From: an uncultured delta proteobacterium
GTDB taxonomy: Bacteria > Myxococcota_A > Polyangia > Polyangiales > JAFGIB01
NCBI GenBank assembly: GCA_963778655.1
Contig: CAVZVA010000010.1
Location: forward strand, 416,001 to 480,000
Reading direction: 5' to 3'
Length of the DNA stretch: 64,000 nt
Shown piece by piece: positions 47,305 through 55,595 of this stretch. Under the pieces are notes generated by a model. The model saw nothing but the letters and a program-made list of their open reading frames with translations, was not told where the DNA came from and did no database searches. The first letter of the stretch is position 1, and each line of letters opens with the position of its first letter. The position numbers and the translations under genes are program-made.

Positions 47305-48087
47305 TCACGCACGCTGGCGAGCAACCCATCCGCTGAGCGCACGGACGAGCCAGCGCGGTTGGTGGCGAACGATCTCCGCGAACATCTGGTTAGCCGCCCC
47401 GCTCACGTACACCGGCATGCCGCTCATGCAGGCGCGGTAACCGTCGCAAGCAACCTGCTCGGCGGAGCTGACCGCGAAGGACGGGAGCCAGGAAGCGTCC
47501 CCGGCCGTGGACATCATGTCCGTGTCCGTGAAGCCCGGACAGAGCGCGGTTGCGGTCACGCCGGTGCCCTTGAGCTCTTCGCACAACGCTTCTGTGAAGT
47601 GCAACACATACGCTTTGCTGCCCGCATAGGCGGCAAGCCGCGCCAGCGGTTGAAAGGCCGCGATCGACGCAACATTCAAGATTCGCCCGCGGCCACGTTC
47701 GAGCATCGGCCCCAGGCAGAGCTGCGTTAGCACGGTAGGCACGATCACGTTGAGCTGCAGCAGGGCCCGGTGGGAGCGCAGCGCGATGTCCTTGAAATCT
47801 CCAGCGAACAGCACACCGGCGTTGTTGACCAACACGTCCACGTGAAGCCTGCGCCGCCGGAGCGCGCTCAGCAACGCTTGTGGGGCACCGGAACGGGCAA
47901 GATCATTAGTGAGCGGAATCACACGAACGCCATGTTGACGCGAAAGCTCCCGCGCGAGGAGCTGTAGTTTGTCGCGACTGCGCGCAACGACCACGAGGTC
48001 GTGTCCCTCTTCGGCAAACACCCGCGCCAGGGCAAGCCCGATCCCGCTCGATGCCCCGGTGATGAGCGCGACGTCCTTGAGCATCAA
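47305..48087 (-). CDS. SDR family oxidoreductase (DltE-like)
   Basis: ITGASSGIG, LVNNAG, NVAS, YAGSK, LCPG. Confidence 0.93.
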   Translation of the reverse strand: MMLKDVALITGASSGIGLALARVFAEEGHDLVVVARSRDKLQLLARELSRQHGVRVIPLTNDLARSGAPQALLSALRRRRLHVDVLVNNAGVLFAGDFKDIALRSHRALLQLNVIVPTVLTQLCLGPMLERGRGRILNVASIAAFQPLARLAAYAGSKAYVLHFTEALCEELKGTGVTATALCPGFTDTDMMSTAGDASWLPSFAVSSAEQVACDGYRACMSGMPVYVSGAANQMFAEIVRHQPRWLVRALSGWVARQRA

Positions 48088-48198
48088 ATGGCTTCCCGTT
48101 CAGCGAGGGGCGAGAGAGAGACAGTCCATGACATGACTCATTCACGCCAACAGACGAGTGGACTATAGCTCGCTAGCGCTTCCATCGGTATTGTCACC

Positions 48199-49305
48199 AT
48201 GGTTCGTGTGGAGTACGAAGCAGGGCTGGGGGCAGCAGTCATGCATCAGCTCGAGGCCTTGTTCAATCTCGACTACCACTTGGCCGTGCTGCGTGCGCGG
48301 ACGGGTGATCCGCGCTACCGGGAGTGGCTCAAGCGCCGTCCCGCCGAGGGTTCGGATGAAGCGCGCAGCTTGGGTCTAGCGGTCAAGCCGCTTGAAGCGT
48401 TGGCTACAAGCTTGGGCAAGTTGGACGACAGGCACCTCCGCCATGCCCTCGGAACCAGCGCAAGCGCGATCGCCATAGCGCATCGTGCCAAGGATAAAGA
48501 GCTCAAGCTTTGGTCGGCTCTCGGGCAGCAACTGCCTCAGTTCAAGCGCCGTTGGTTGGACCTGGAAGCCGACCTGAAGAAGCTCGAACCGGCGGAAGCT
48601 TATCTCACGGCCGCGTTCACTTCCGGCTGCAATGTGTCAAACGTACGCTGTGATTTCAGCTTCGACTCGTTCGAAGTGACGACGATCTCGGTGTCGTTCG
48701 ACGTCAACCGTCCGATCAGAGACTTCGTCAAGAGTTATGACCCCAGAATGTGGCACATAGAGGCTCCCGAGTGTTTCAGGGTTAGTGCTCGAATTGCCGA
48801 TGCGGACTGCACGAAGCTGATCCCGGGCTCTACCAAGGCCCCACCGCCGCCCCAGCTTCCCAGCCCTCAACAAGCGAAGGCCGAGGCGGGGAAGCCGGGG
48901 CGATTTCGACTCTATGAGAACGCGGTGACTGCAGCCGGCGGTGGCGGTGCAAGCGTGCCCGCGCTCGCCGACTTCAGGAATGTCCTCTCGATCGCCTATT
49001 GTGTCGTGCCCAAATCCGGTGAAAGCGCAGAGCCTGCCGAGATTAGGCTCACCTACGCGTTGTCCGAGGCGATCACCATGAGTGTCACAGGAACAGCAAC
49101 CGCTGGCGGATTGGATGTGGACAGCGGGCACGCCTGCATTACCAGACTATCGGATAGCGCAGTCCACATCGAGGCGAGCAAGAGCGTCCGAATTGCCCGG
49201 CCGCCTTGGCTTCGTGACTGGCTGAACTTCAACATGGCCGCCATCTTGCCTTTCTGGTTCCTGAATCTGGTATTACTCGGTGCCTGCAGGAATCAGGGCG
49301 CCTAG
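48199..49305 (+). CDS. hypothetical protein, C-terminal half possibly START/SRPBCC (helix-grip) fold
   Basis: Long ORF heading a 3-gene run; DPRMW motif, beta-rich core, long amphipathic C-terminal helix; start may be ATG 48241. Confidence 0.7.
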   Translation: MVRVEYEAGLGAAVMHQLEALFNLDYHLAVLRARTGDPRYREWLKRRPAEGSDEARSLGLAVKPLEALATSLGKLDDRHLRHALGTSASAIAIAHRAKDKELKLWSALGQQLPQFKRRWLDLEADLKKLEPAEAYLTAAFTSGCNVSNVRCDFSFDSFEVTTISVSFDVNRPIRDFVKSYDPRMWHIEAPECFRVSARIADADCTKLIPGSTKAPPPPQLPSPQQAKAEAGKPGRFRLYENAVTAAGGGGASVPALADFRNVLSIAYCVVPKSGESAEPAEIRLTYALSEAITMSVTGTATAGGLDVDSGHACITRLSDSAVHIEASKSVRIARPPWLRDWLNFNMAAILPFWFLNLVLLGACRNQGA

Positions 49306-49321
49306 TGAGCAAGGAGGATAC

Positions 49322-49741
49322 ATGGCACCACGTCACGAGCGAGCGAAGGCCAATCTAGCCTCCATCAGGGCGAGACCGGTGGATTTTGTCAAAGCCTGCC
49401 AGGGCCACGTCGCCGATGTCCGCGATGTCTATGCTGACGCCTTGAGCGGAAAGTCCACGGCTGCCCAGAGCTTCGCCGATGCTGCCGCGCTCTGGATCAA
49501 CGGCGTGGCCCTGATAGGAGCATTCTACGGGTTCCCGGTAGCGACCGGCGGCTGTGAGGCGGCGGCCGAAGACTCTACACCCGTGGCTGAGAGCGCCCGT
49601 GCGGCTGGGGGTGCTGGTGACGGCTCCGGGGTAGCGGCTGGAGACTCCACACCGGCGGCTGAGAACGCCACTGTGACCAGGAGCACCGCACGAACCGTGG
49701 CTACGAAAGCCAGACGCACGGCCAAGAGGAGAGGCGGGTAG
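49322..49741 (+). CDS. small hypothetical protein with amphipathic helix, acidic linker and basic tail
   Basis: RBS AAGGAGG; FADAAALWINGVA; DSTPVAESA/DSTPAAENA duplication; tail TKARRTAKRRGG. Confidence 0.7.
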   Translation: MAPRHERAKANLASIRARPVDFVKACQGHVADVRDVYADALSGKSTAAQSFADAAALWINGVALIGAFYGFPVATGGCEAAAEDSTPVAESARAAGGAGDGSGVAAGDSTPAAENATVTRSTARTVATKARRTAKRRGG

Positions 49742-49745
49742 TCCG

Positions 49746-50309
49746 ATGGCGGTGGGCTCGGGCAGCGGCGGGGATCGGCGACGGCGGGCCACGCGTACGC
49801 TCGTGCGCGCTACCACGCACCTGGAGCAGTATCTCGACCATCTGGTGACGCTGACTCAAGACTCGGCGGCAGTCGCGGGCGAGATGCTCGAGTCGGAAGA
49901 CTACTCCTTCAGCCGCTGGGTGGCGGACGTGCTTGCGTTGTCGATCAACGCCTGGGCGCCGGTCATTCGCTGCCTCGACCGTGGTGGCCAGGACGATCCA
50001 GGCTCGTCGTTGACGCTCTGGTTCGACATCAGGAGCGAAATGGCGGGGCCGCGGTTCGTCAGCCTGCCCGCGGCCGGAATGAAGGTGGTGGGCAAGACGG
50101 ATCTGATGGGCGGGGCCGGAGGCAAGATCTTGAAGTCTCAAGTGGTGCTGCGGATCACCGGCGACCAGCAGCTGATCGTCAGCCTGCGCGACCTACGGGG
50201 GCAGGCACCTGGCATATATCAGGGCACGGTGACCCTGGCGGACTCCGCCGGTCAGCGCGTCAAGTGGCCAATCGTTGCGATCTGCAAGGAGACGCTGTGG
50301 TGGCAGTAA
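49746..50309 (+). CDS. hypothetical protein: helical N-terminal part plus C-terminal Ig-like beta domain
   Basis: 4 nt after the previous stop; VADVLALSINAWA; QAPGIYQGTVTL. Confidence 0.7.
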   Translation: MAVGSGSGGDRRRRATRTLVRATTHLEQYLDHLVTLTQDSAAVAGEMLESEDYSFSRWVADVLALSINAWAPVIRCLDRGGQDDPGSSLTLWFDIRSEMAGPRFVSLPAAGMKVVGKTDLMGGAGGKILKSQVVLRITGDQQLIVSLRDLRGQAPGIYQGTVTLADSAGQRVKWPIVAICKETLWWQ

Positions 50310-50325
50310 CGAGGTCGCCTGTCGC

Positions 50326-50496
50326 CTAGAGCACCGAACATATTGAAACACGCACGATTTCGGGGCCCTCGCGGGCGCATGGCACGCGCGCTCCCCGCTC
50401 GACGTAGGATGGACTACGCCTTCGGGCTCCCGCCCGCACCCTGCATCCCGCCATGACCCCGACTTCGCACACGTTTCAATATGTTCGGTGCTCTAG
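50326..50496. mobile_element. 171-bp MITE-like element, CTAGAGCACCGAACA TIR family
   Basis: Perfect TIR CTAGAGCACCGAACATATTGAAAC / GTTTCAATATGTTCGGTGCTCTAG; full-length homolog inverted at 63094. Confidence 0.88.
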
Positions 50497-50551
50497 CGTA
50501 ATCGGCGTGGACCGAGCGGGACGCGCTTGACCCCACCCTGACTCGACCGGC

Positions 50552-51193
50552 ATGGTCTGGGCGGTGCGCGCGGGCAGCCTGATTTTCGATCTCGACGGGA
50601 CGCTGTGGGACACCAACGCGACCTGCGCGCTGGCGTGGAACCGCGTGCTGCAACGGCTGGGCGTGCCCTGGCGCACGCTGACCGAAGCCGACATTCGGCC
50701 GGCTTGCGGACGCTCGCACCGCGAGGCGGTGGCCAGCGTGCTGCAGGGCCTCGGCGACGCACTGCTCGACCGCATCAGCGCCGAGACCGCGCTCGCGGAC
50801 AACCAGCTGCTGGCGGAGGCGGGCGGACAGCTTTTCGAGGGCGTGCAGAGTGGGATCCCCGAGCTCGCGCGGCGCTACCCGCTGATGATCGTGAGCAACT
50901 GTCAGGCGGGTTACATCGAGGTCTTCCGCTCCACCAGCGGCCTGGACGCGTGCTTTCGCGACCACGAATGCTGGGGCAACACCGGCAAGAGCAAGGCGGA
51001 GAACCTCGCGGCGATCATGGCGCGCAATCACGCGCCCGCGCCGATCTTCATCGGCGACACCGAGGGCGATCAGCAGGCCGCGCGCGAGAACGGCGTGCCG
51101 TTCGTGCATGCCCGCTACGGGTTCGGCACAGTCAGTGGCGCCGACGCGGTGATCGACAGCTTCGACCAACTGCTGTCGCTGTTTGCGGGTTGA
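50552..51193 (+). CDS. HAD family hydrolase (phosphoglycolate phosphatase-like)
   Basis: IFDLDGTLWD, IVSNC, K, FIGDTEGD; start may be GTG 50564. Confidence 0.92.
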   Translation: MVWAVRAGSLIFDLDGTLWDTNATCALAWNRVLQRLGVPWRTLTEADIRPACGRSHREAVASVLQGLGDALLDRISAETALADNQLLAEAGGQLFEGVQSGIPELARRYPLMIVSNCQAGYIEVFRSTSGLDACFRDHECWGNTGKSKAENLAAIMARNHAPAPIFIGDTEGDQQAARENGVPFVHARYGFGTVSGADAVIDSFDQLLSLFAG

Positions 51194-51351
51194 GCCCGCG
51201 CCGGGGGCGGCCTCCGGCGCGGCGGCCCGTGACCGTGAGCGGCGAGCACGACTGAATGCGGCGCCGGCGCGGTGCAACGCATGGGTGCGGGCTTGCTGAC
51301 GGCGGAAAGCCCCGAGGTCGGGGTCCGGTCGGGACTCCGGGAGGCTCGGCC

Positions 51352-51921
51352 ATGCGAAGCGACTGGAAAGCCTTGTTGTTCCTGCTGGCTCTCGCCACGC
51401 CCGCAGCCGCTCAACAGCAGCCCGCGCGATCGCCGCTGGCGGCGGCACCCGCGAGCCCAAGCGCAACGGGCCCCGCGCAGCCCGCACAAGACCTGACCGC
51501 GCAGGGCGAAGCCGTGGTCCGGCGCGCTAGCGCGCTGAGCCAGGACGTGCTGAGCATGCTGCAGGACGCCCGCAAAGCCGCGGACATCATCAAGGTCAAC
51601 TGCCTCGACGACAAGCTCGCGCAGATCAACGCCAACTTGCGCACGGCGCAAGCGCGGCTCGATCTGCTCAAGAAGGCGGTCGACCCGGATCTGCGCGCGC
51701 ACGAGCACACCGTGCTGACGGTGCTCGCCCAGAAGCTCCAGGTGCTGGATCAGGAAGCGCACCAGTGCGTGGGCCAGGCGCTGTACGAGACCGGAGCGAC
51801 CAAGGTCGTGACCGAGGTCGACACCAGCAAGCTGCCGGCCGAGGGCAATCCTTCGGTCTTCCCGTCCAGCCCGGTCACCGGTCCGATCATCTACCCGCCG
51901 ATCGCGAGCTCGACCAAATAG
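51352..51921 (+). CDS. secreted helical protein of unknown function
   Basis: Signal peptide (PAAA-Q); DIIKVNCLDDKL...EAHQCVG with a Cys pair; RBS GGAGG. Confidence 0.7.
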   Translation: MRSDWKALLFLLALATPAAAQQQPARSPLAAAPASPSATGPAQPAQDLTAQGEAVVRRASALSQDVLSMLQDARKAADIIKVNCLDDKLAQINANLRTAQARLDLLKKAVDPDLRAHEHTVLTVLAQKLQVLDQEAHQCVGQALYETGATKVVTEVDTSKLPAEGNPSVFPSSPVTGPIIYPPIASSTK

Positions 51922-52098
51922 GCTGCGCACGGGCCGGCCGCGGCGGGCCACCGCTCGGTAGTGCGATTCGCCGTGGACCAGGCCACCCGTCCTGGAAACC
52001 CCTGTGATGGCTATCGATGTCGCGGTCCGTTCGCGGTCGTGCTGCATTGAGGCGAACGCGCGCGGGCGCGCGGCAACGTGCAGCATCGCGCGTACCTA

Positions 52099-53139
52099 TC
52101 AGCGCGTGCGGTGGGCGAGTTGCTCGGCAAGCCCCATCAGCATGGCGGTGCCCTCGGCGCCGAAGGGCCCGCGCTCTAGCGCCTCGCGCGCCTGCTCCAA
52201 CAACTCGGCGATGCGCTGCTCCAGCCGCTCGCGCGCCCCCGAGCCGAGCAGCGCCTCGGTCGCGCGGGCGAGCGCCTTCTCGCTCGCGCTCGCGTTGCCG
52301 AGGACCGCGTCGATGGCGGCGGTCTGCTCGGCCGAGAGCAGCGCGCGCGCTTCCTCGAGCAGCGCGGTACGCTTGCCGCTGCGCAGGTCGTTGCCGACCG
52401 GCTTGCCCAGCGCGACCTTGCTGCCGAAGGCGCCGAGCAAGTCGTCGCGCAGCTGAAACGCCAGCCCGACCGGCGCGCCGAAGCGCTCGAGCGCGGCCAG
52501 CTGCTCGGCGCTGGCGTCACCGAGCAGCGCGCCCAGCCGCAGCGGCCCGCGCACGGTGTAGCTGCCGGTCTTGAGCTGGTGCACGAGCGCGACATCGTCG
52601 TGGCCGAGCAGGTCGAGCTGTTGGCCGCACACCACCTCGAAGTGCATGTGCCCGAACGCCTCGAGCGCGTCGCGCAGCCGGGCGGGCGGCAGCGGTGCCG
52701 CGGCCACCAGCTCCCAAGCGAAACCACAGGCCAGATCGCCCGCCAGAATCGCCAGGTTCGCGCCGAGCTGCGGGTCGCCGCGGCGCCGTCCCAGCGCGAC
52801 GTGAACCGACGGTCCCCCGCGCCGCTGCTCGTCGTCGTCCATCCAGTCGTCCTGGATCAGGAAATACGTCTGCAGCAGCTCGAGCGCGGCCGAGACTTCC
52901 AGCGTGCAGCTCGGATCACCGTCGGGCTTGACCGCGACGAAGCCGGCGTGCAGCGCAGCCGGCCGCAGCCGCTTGCCGCCGCGCATGGTCAGCTCGGCCA
53001 CGGCGTCGACCAGCTCGCCGGCCTCAGGCGAGGTACGCTGGGCCAGCACGCGTTTGTGCGCGAAGAGCACCGAGAGCCGCGCGTTCACACGCTCGACCAC
53101 GCGCTGCACCCACCCGTCCTCGTGTGACGCGACGGCCAC
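52099..53139 (-). CDS. trans-prenyltransferase (probably short-chain, FPP/GGPP synthase)
   Basis: GGKRLRP, YFLIQDDWMDDDEQRRG, GQQLD, KT, FQLRDDLL, DLRSGKRT; divergent from fni. Confidence 0.92.
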   Translation of the reverse strand: MAVASHEDGWVQRVVERVNARLSVLFAHKRVLAQRTSPEAGELVDAVAELTMRGGKRLRPAALHAGFVAVKPDGDPSCTLEVSAALELLQTYFLIQDDWMDDDEQRRGGPSVHVALGRRRGDPQLGANLAILAGDLACGFAWELVAAAPLPPARLRDALEAFGHMHFEVVCGQQLDLLGHDDVALVHQLKTGSYTVRGPLRLGALLGDASAEQLAALERFGAPVGLAFQLRDDLLGAFGSKVALGKPVGNDLRSGKRTALLEEARALLSAEQTAAIDAVLGNASASEKALARATEALLGSGARERLEQRIAELLEQAREALERGPFGAEGTAMLMGLAEQLAHRTR

Positions 53140-53279
53140 GAGCGCTGGTCTAGACCGGATCGCGTCGCGAAGCCAGACGCTTTTGACCCTTGCGTCGGCT
53201 GGCCCGCAGCACCCGGCGCCCGGCCGGGCCCCGCGTCTTGGCCTGGATGCGCGGTTCGTGCTTCACTGCCGACTGAGGG

Positions 53280-54323
53280 ATGTCGGAGATCGGAAAGCGC
53301 AAGGTCGACCACCTGGAGCTGTGCGCCACCGACCAGGTGGCGTTCCGGGGGCGCAGCACGTTGCTCGAACAGGTGCAGCTGCTGCACCAGTCGCTGCCGG
53401 AGCTGAGCTGGGACGAGGTCGACCCTTCGGTCAGCCTGCTCGGCAAGCGCCTGCGCGCTCCCCTGATCATCGCGGCCATGACCGGCGGCAGTGAGCCCTC
53501 GGCTGAGGTCAACCGCGAGCTGTCCGCGATCGCCGAGGCGCGCGGCTACGGCTTCGGGCTGGGCTCGCAGCGCGCGATGCAGCGCTCGCCCGAGACCGCG
53601 TGGACCTACGAGGTTCGCACACTCGCGCCGACCACGCTGGTGCTGGGCAACGTGGGCGTGGTGCAGGCGCGGGCCTGCTCGAGCGAGGCGCTGGCCCAGC
53701 TCGCGGCCGACATCGGGGCCGACGCGCTGTGCGTGCACATGAACCCCGCGATGGAGCTGATCCAGCAGGAGGGCGACCGCGACTTCCGCGGCTGCGTGGA
53801 GACCTTTGCACGGCTGGTGCGCGAGCTGCCTATCCCGGTGGTCGCCAAGGAGACCGGCAACGGCATCAGCCGGCAGACCGCCGCGCAGCTGCGCGCGGTG
53901 GGCGTCGAGGTGATCGATGTCTCGGGCGCTGGCGGCACCAGCTGGGTCGGGGTGGAGACGCTGCGCGCGGGCGAGCAGACGCGCCCGGTCGGCGAGCTCT
54001 TGTGGGACTGGGGCGTGCCGACCGCGGTATCGGTGGCCTATGCGAAGCAGGCCGGCCTCGTGCCGATCGCGACCGGCGGGGTGCGCAGCGGGCTGGACGT
54101 GGCGCGCGCGCTGGCGCTGGGGGCGAGCGCGGCGGGGGTGGCGCGGCCGCTGCTACAGGCCCTGCGCGAGCAGGGGCGCGCGGGCGCCGAGCGCTATCTC
54201 GAGCGCGTGGAGCGCGAGCTGCGGACGGTAATGCTGCTGTGCGGAGCGCGCAGCGTGGCCGATCTGCAGCGCGCGCCGCGGGTGCTGACCGGCGAGCTCA
54301 AGGACTGGCTCGCAGGCGGCTAG
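53280..54323 (+). CDS. fni: type 2 isopentenyl-diphosphate isomerase
   Basis: RKVDH, AMTGG, GSQR, HMNPAMELIQQEGDRDF, KETGNG, GAGGTSW. Confidence 0.96.
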   Translation: MSEIGKRKVDHLELCATDQVAFRGRSTLLEQVQLLHQSLPELSWDEVDPSVSLLGKRLRAPLIIAAMTGGSEPSAEVNRELSAIAEARGYGFGLGSQRAMQRSPETAWTYEVRTLAPTTLVLGNVGVVQARACSSEALAQLAADIGADALCVHMNPAMELIQQEGDRDFRGCVETFARLVRELPIPVVAKETGNGISRQTAAQLRAVGVEVIDVSGAGGTSWVGVETLRAGEQTRPVGELLWDWGVPTAVSVAYAKQAGLVPIATGGVRSGLDVARALALGASAAGVARPLLQALREQGRAGAERYLERVERELRTVMLLCGARSVADLQRAPRVLTGELKDWLAGG

Positions 54324-54339
54324 TACCTCCACATCCGTT

Positions 54340-54462
54340 CGCGCCGGAGCCCACCCCCGCACGAGCCCGCTTCGCGGGGCCTTATCCTGACGGAACGAGC
54401 TTCCGAGCTGGGGGGCTCGCCAGCTCGAAGCGAGCTGATCAGGGGCCAAGCGGAGCGGCCTT
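54340..54462. repeat. structured intergenic REP-like element
   Basis: CCCACCCC core followed by hairpins GCCCGC-TTC-GCGGGGC and GCTTCCGAGCTGG...CCAGCTCGAAGC. Confidence 0.4.
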
Positions 54463-54662
54463 GACGCGCCTGGCAAATGCGAGGGGAACGCGAAGACGCC
54501 CCCACACTTGGCGGCAAATGCGTCAGTGTTACCTACAGTTTCGCTACTGATACCGGTCCCGAGCTGCGGAACGGCTATACTTCATGATATGGAGTTGAGT
54601 TAGTGACTTCGGCGACGCGGCCGCGGCAGCAAGCTGACCGAATCGGGCGCGGCGAGCAAACG

Positions 54663-55595
54663 ATGGCTCTGGCGGAACGCAAACCGGCCTGGTTGAAGGT
54701 CCCGCTCGCCGGCGGCGAGCGGCACGCGGAGCTCAAGCGCCTGTTTCGCCAGCTCGGCCTGAGCACGGTGTGCGAGGAAGCCCGCTGCCCCAACGTCGGC
54801 GAGTGCTGGCGCGAGGGCACGGCCACCCTGATGCTGCTCGGCGACACCTGCACGCGCGGCTGTCGCTTTTGCGCGGTCAAGAGCGGCAACCCGGGTGGCG
54901 TCGTCGACGCCCGCGAGCCGGAGCACGTGGCGCAGGCGCTCGGCCGACTCGACCTGGCCTACGTGGTGCTGACGATGGTGGATCGCGACGACCTGCCCGA
55001 CGGGGGCGCGGGTCACGTAGCGCAGACCGTGCAGCGGATTCGCGCGCACAGCCCGGGTACGCTGGTCGAAACCCTGGTCGGCGACTTCGCCGGCAAGCAG
55101 GACGACGTGGTGACGCTGGTGGAGCAGGGTCGCCCCGACGTGCTCGCGCACAACGTCGAGGTAGTGCCGCGGCTGCAGCGCGCGATGCGCGACGCGCGCT
55201 GCTCGTGGGAGCGCTCGCTGCAGGTGCTGCGCTGGGCGCGCGAAGCTGGCGCCAACGTGACCAAGAGCTCGCTGATGGTGGGTTGCGGCGAGCAGCCGGC
55301 CGAGGTGCTCGAAGCGCTGGCTGCGCTGCGAGAGGCGGAGGTCGACGTGCTGACGATCGGCCAGTATTTGCGTCCAACCGAGAAGCACGCCAGGGTCGCG
55401 CGCTACGTGCCGCCCGAAGAGCTCGACGGCTACGCGCGCGCCGGCCGTGCGCTGGGCTTCAAGTACGTGGCCGCGGGCCCGCTCGTACGCTCGAGCTACC
55501 GCGCGGCCGAAGGCTTTCTGACCGGGATCCTGCGGGGACACGACGCCCCCTTCAGCGACCGTTACGGCAAGAGGCGTCTGGAGATCGTGAGCTGA
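54663..55595 (+). CDS. lipA: lipoyl synthase
   Basis: RKPAWLK, CEEARCPNVGEC, CTRGCRFC, RSSY. Confidence 0.96.
   Translation: MALAERKPAWLKVPLAGGERHAELKRLFRQLGLSTVCEEARCPNVGECWREGTATLMLLGDTCTRGCRFCAVKSGNPGGVVDAREPEHVAQALGRLDLAYVVLTMVDRDDLPDGGAGHVAQTVQRIRAHSPGTLVETLVGDFAGKQDDVVTLVEQGRPDVLAHNVEVVPRLQRAMRDARCSWERSLQVLRWAREAGANVTKSSLMVGCGEQPAEVLEALAALREAEVDVLTIGQYLRPTEKHARVARYVPPEELDGYARAGRALGFKYVAAGPLVRSSYRAAEGFLTGILRGHDAPFSDRYGKRRLEIVS

Noticed and set aside
38740..50500. Prophage, ICE or composite transposon
   Set aside because: No integrase, transposase, relaxase, phage gene or tRNA target seen.
51282..51297. Sigma54 promoter (TGGGTGCGGGCTTGCT) before the secreted protein gene
   Set aside because: GG-N10-GC spacing fits, but the -24 box is a poor match to TGGCAC; not supportable.
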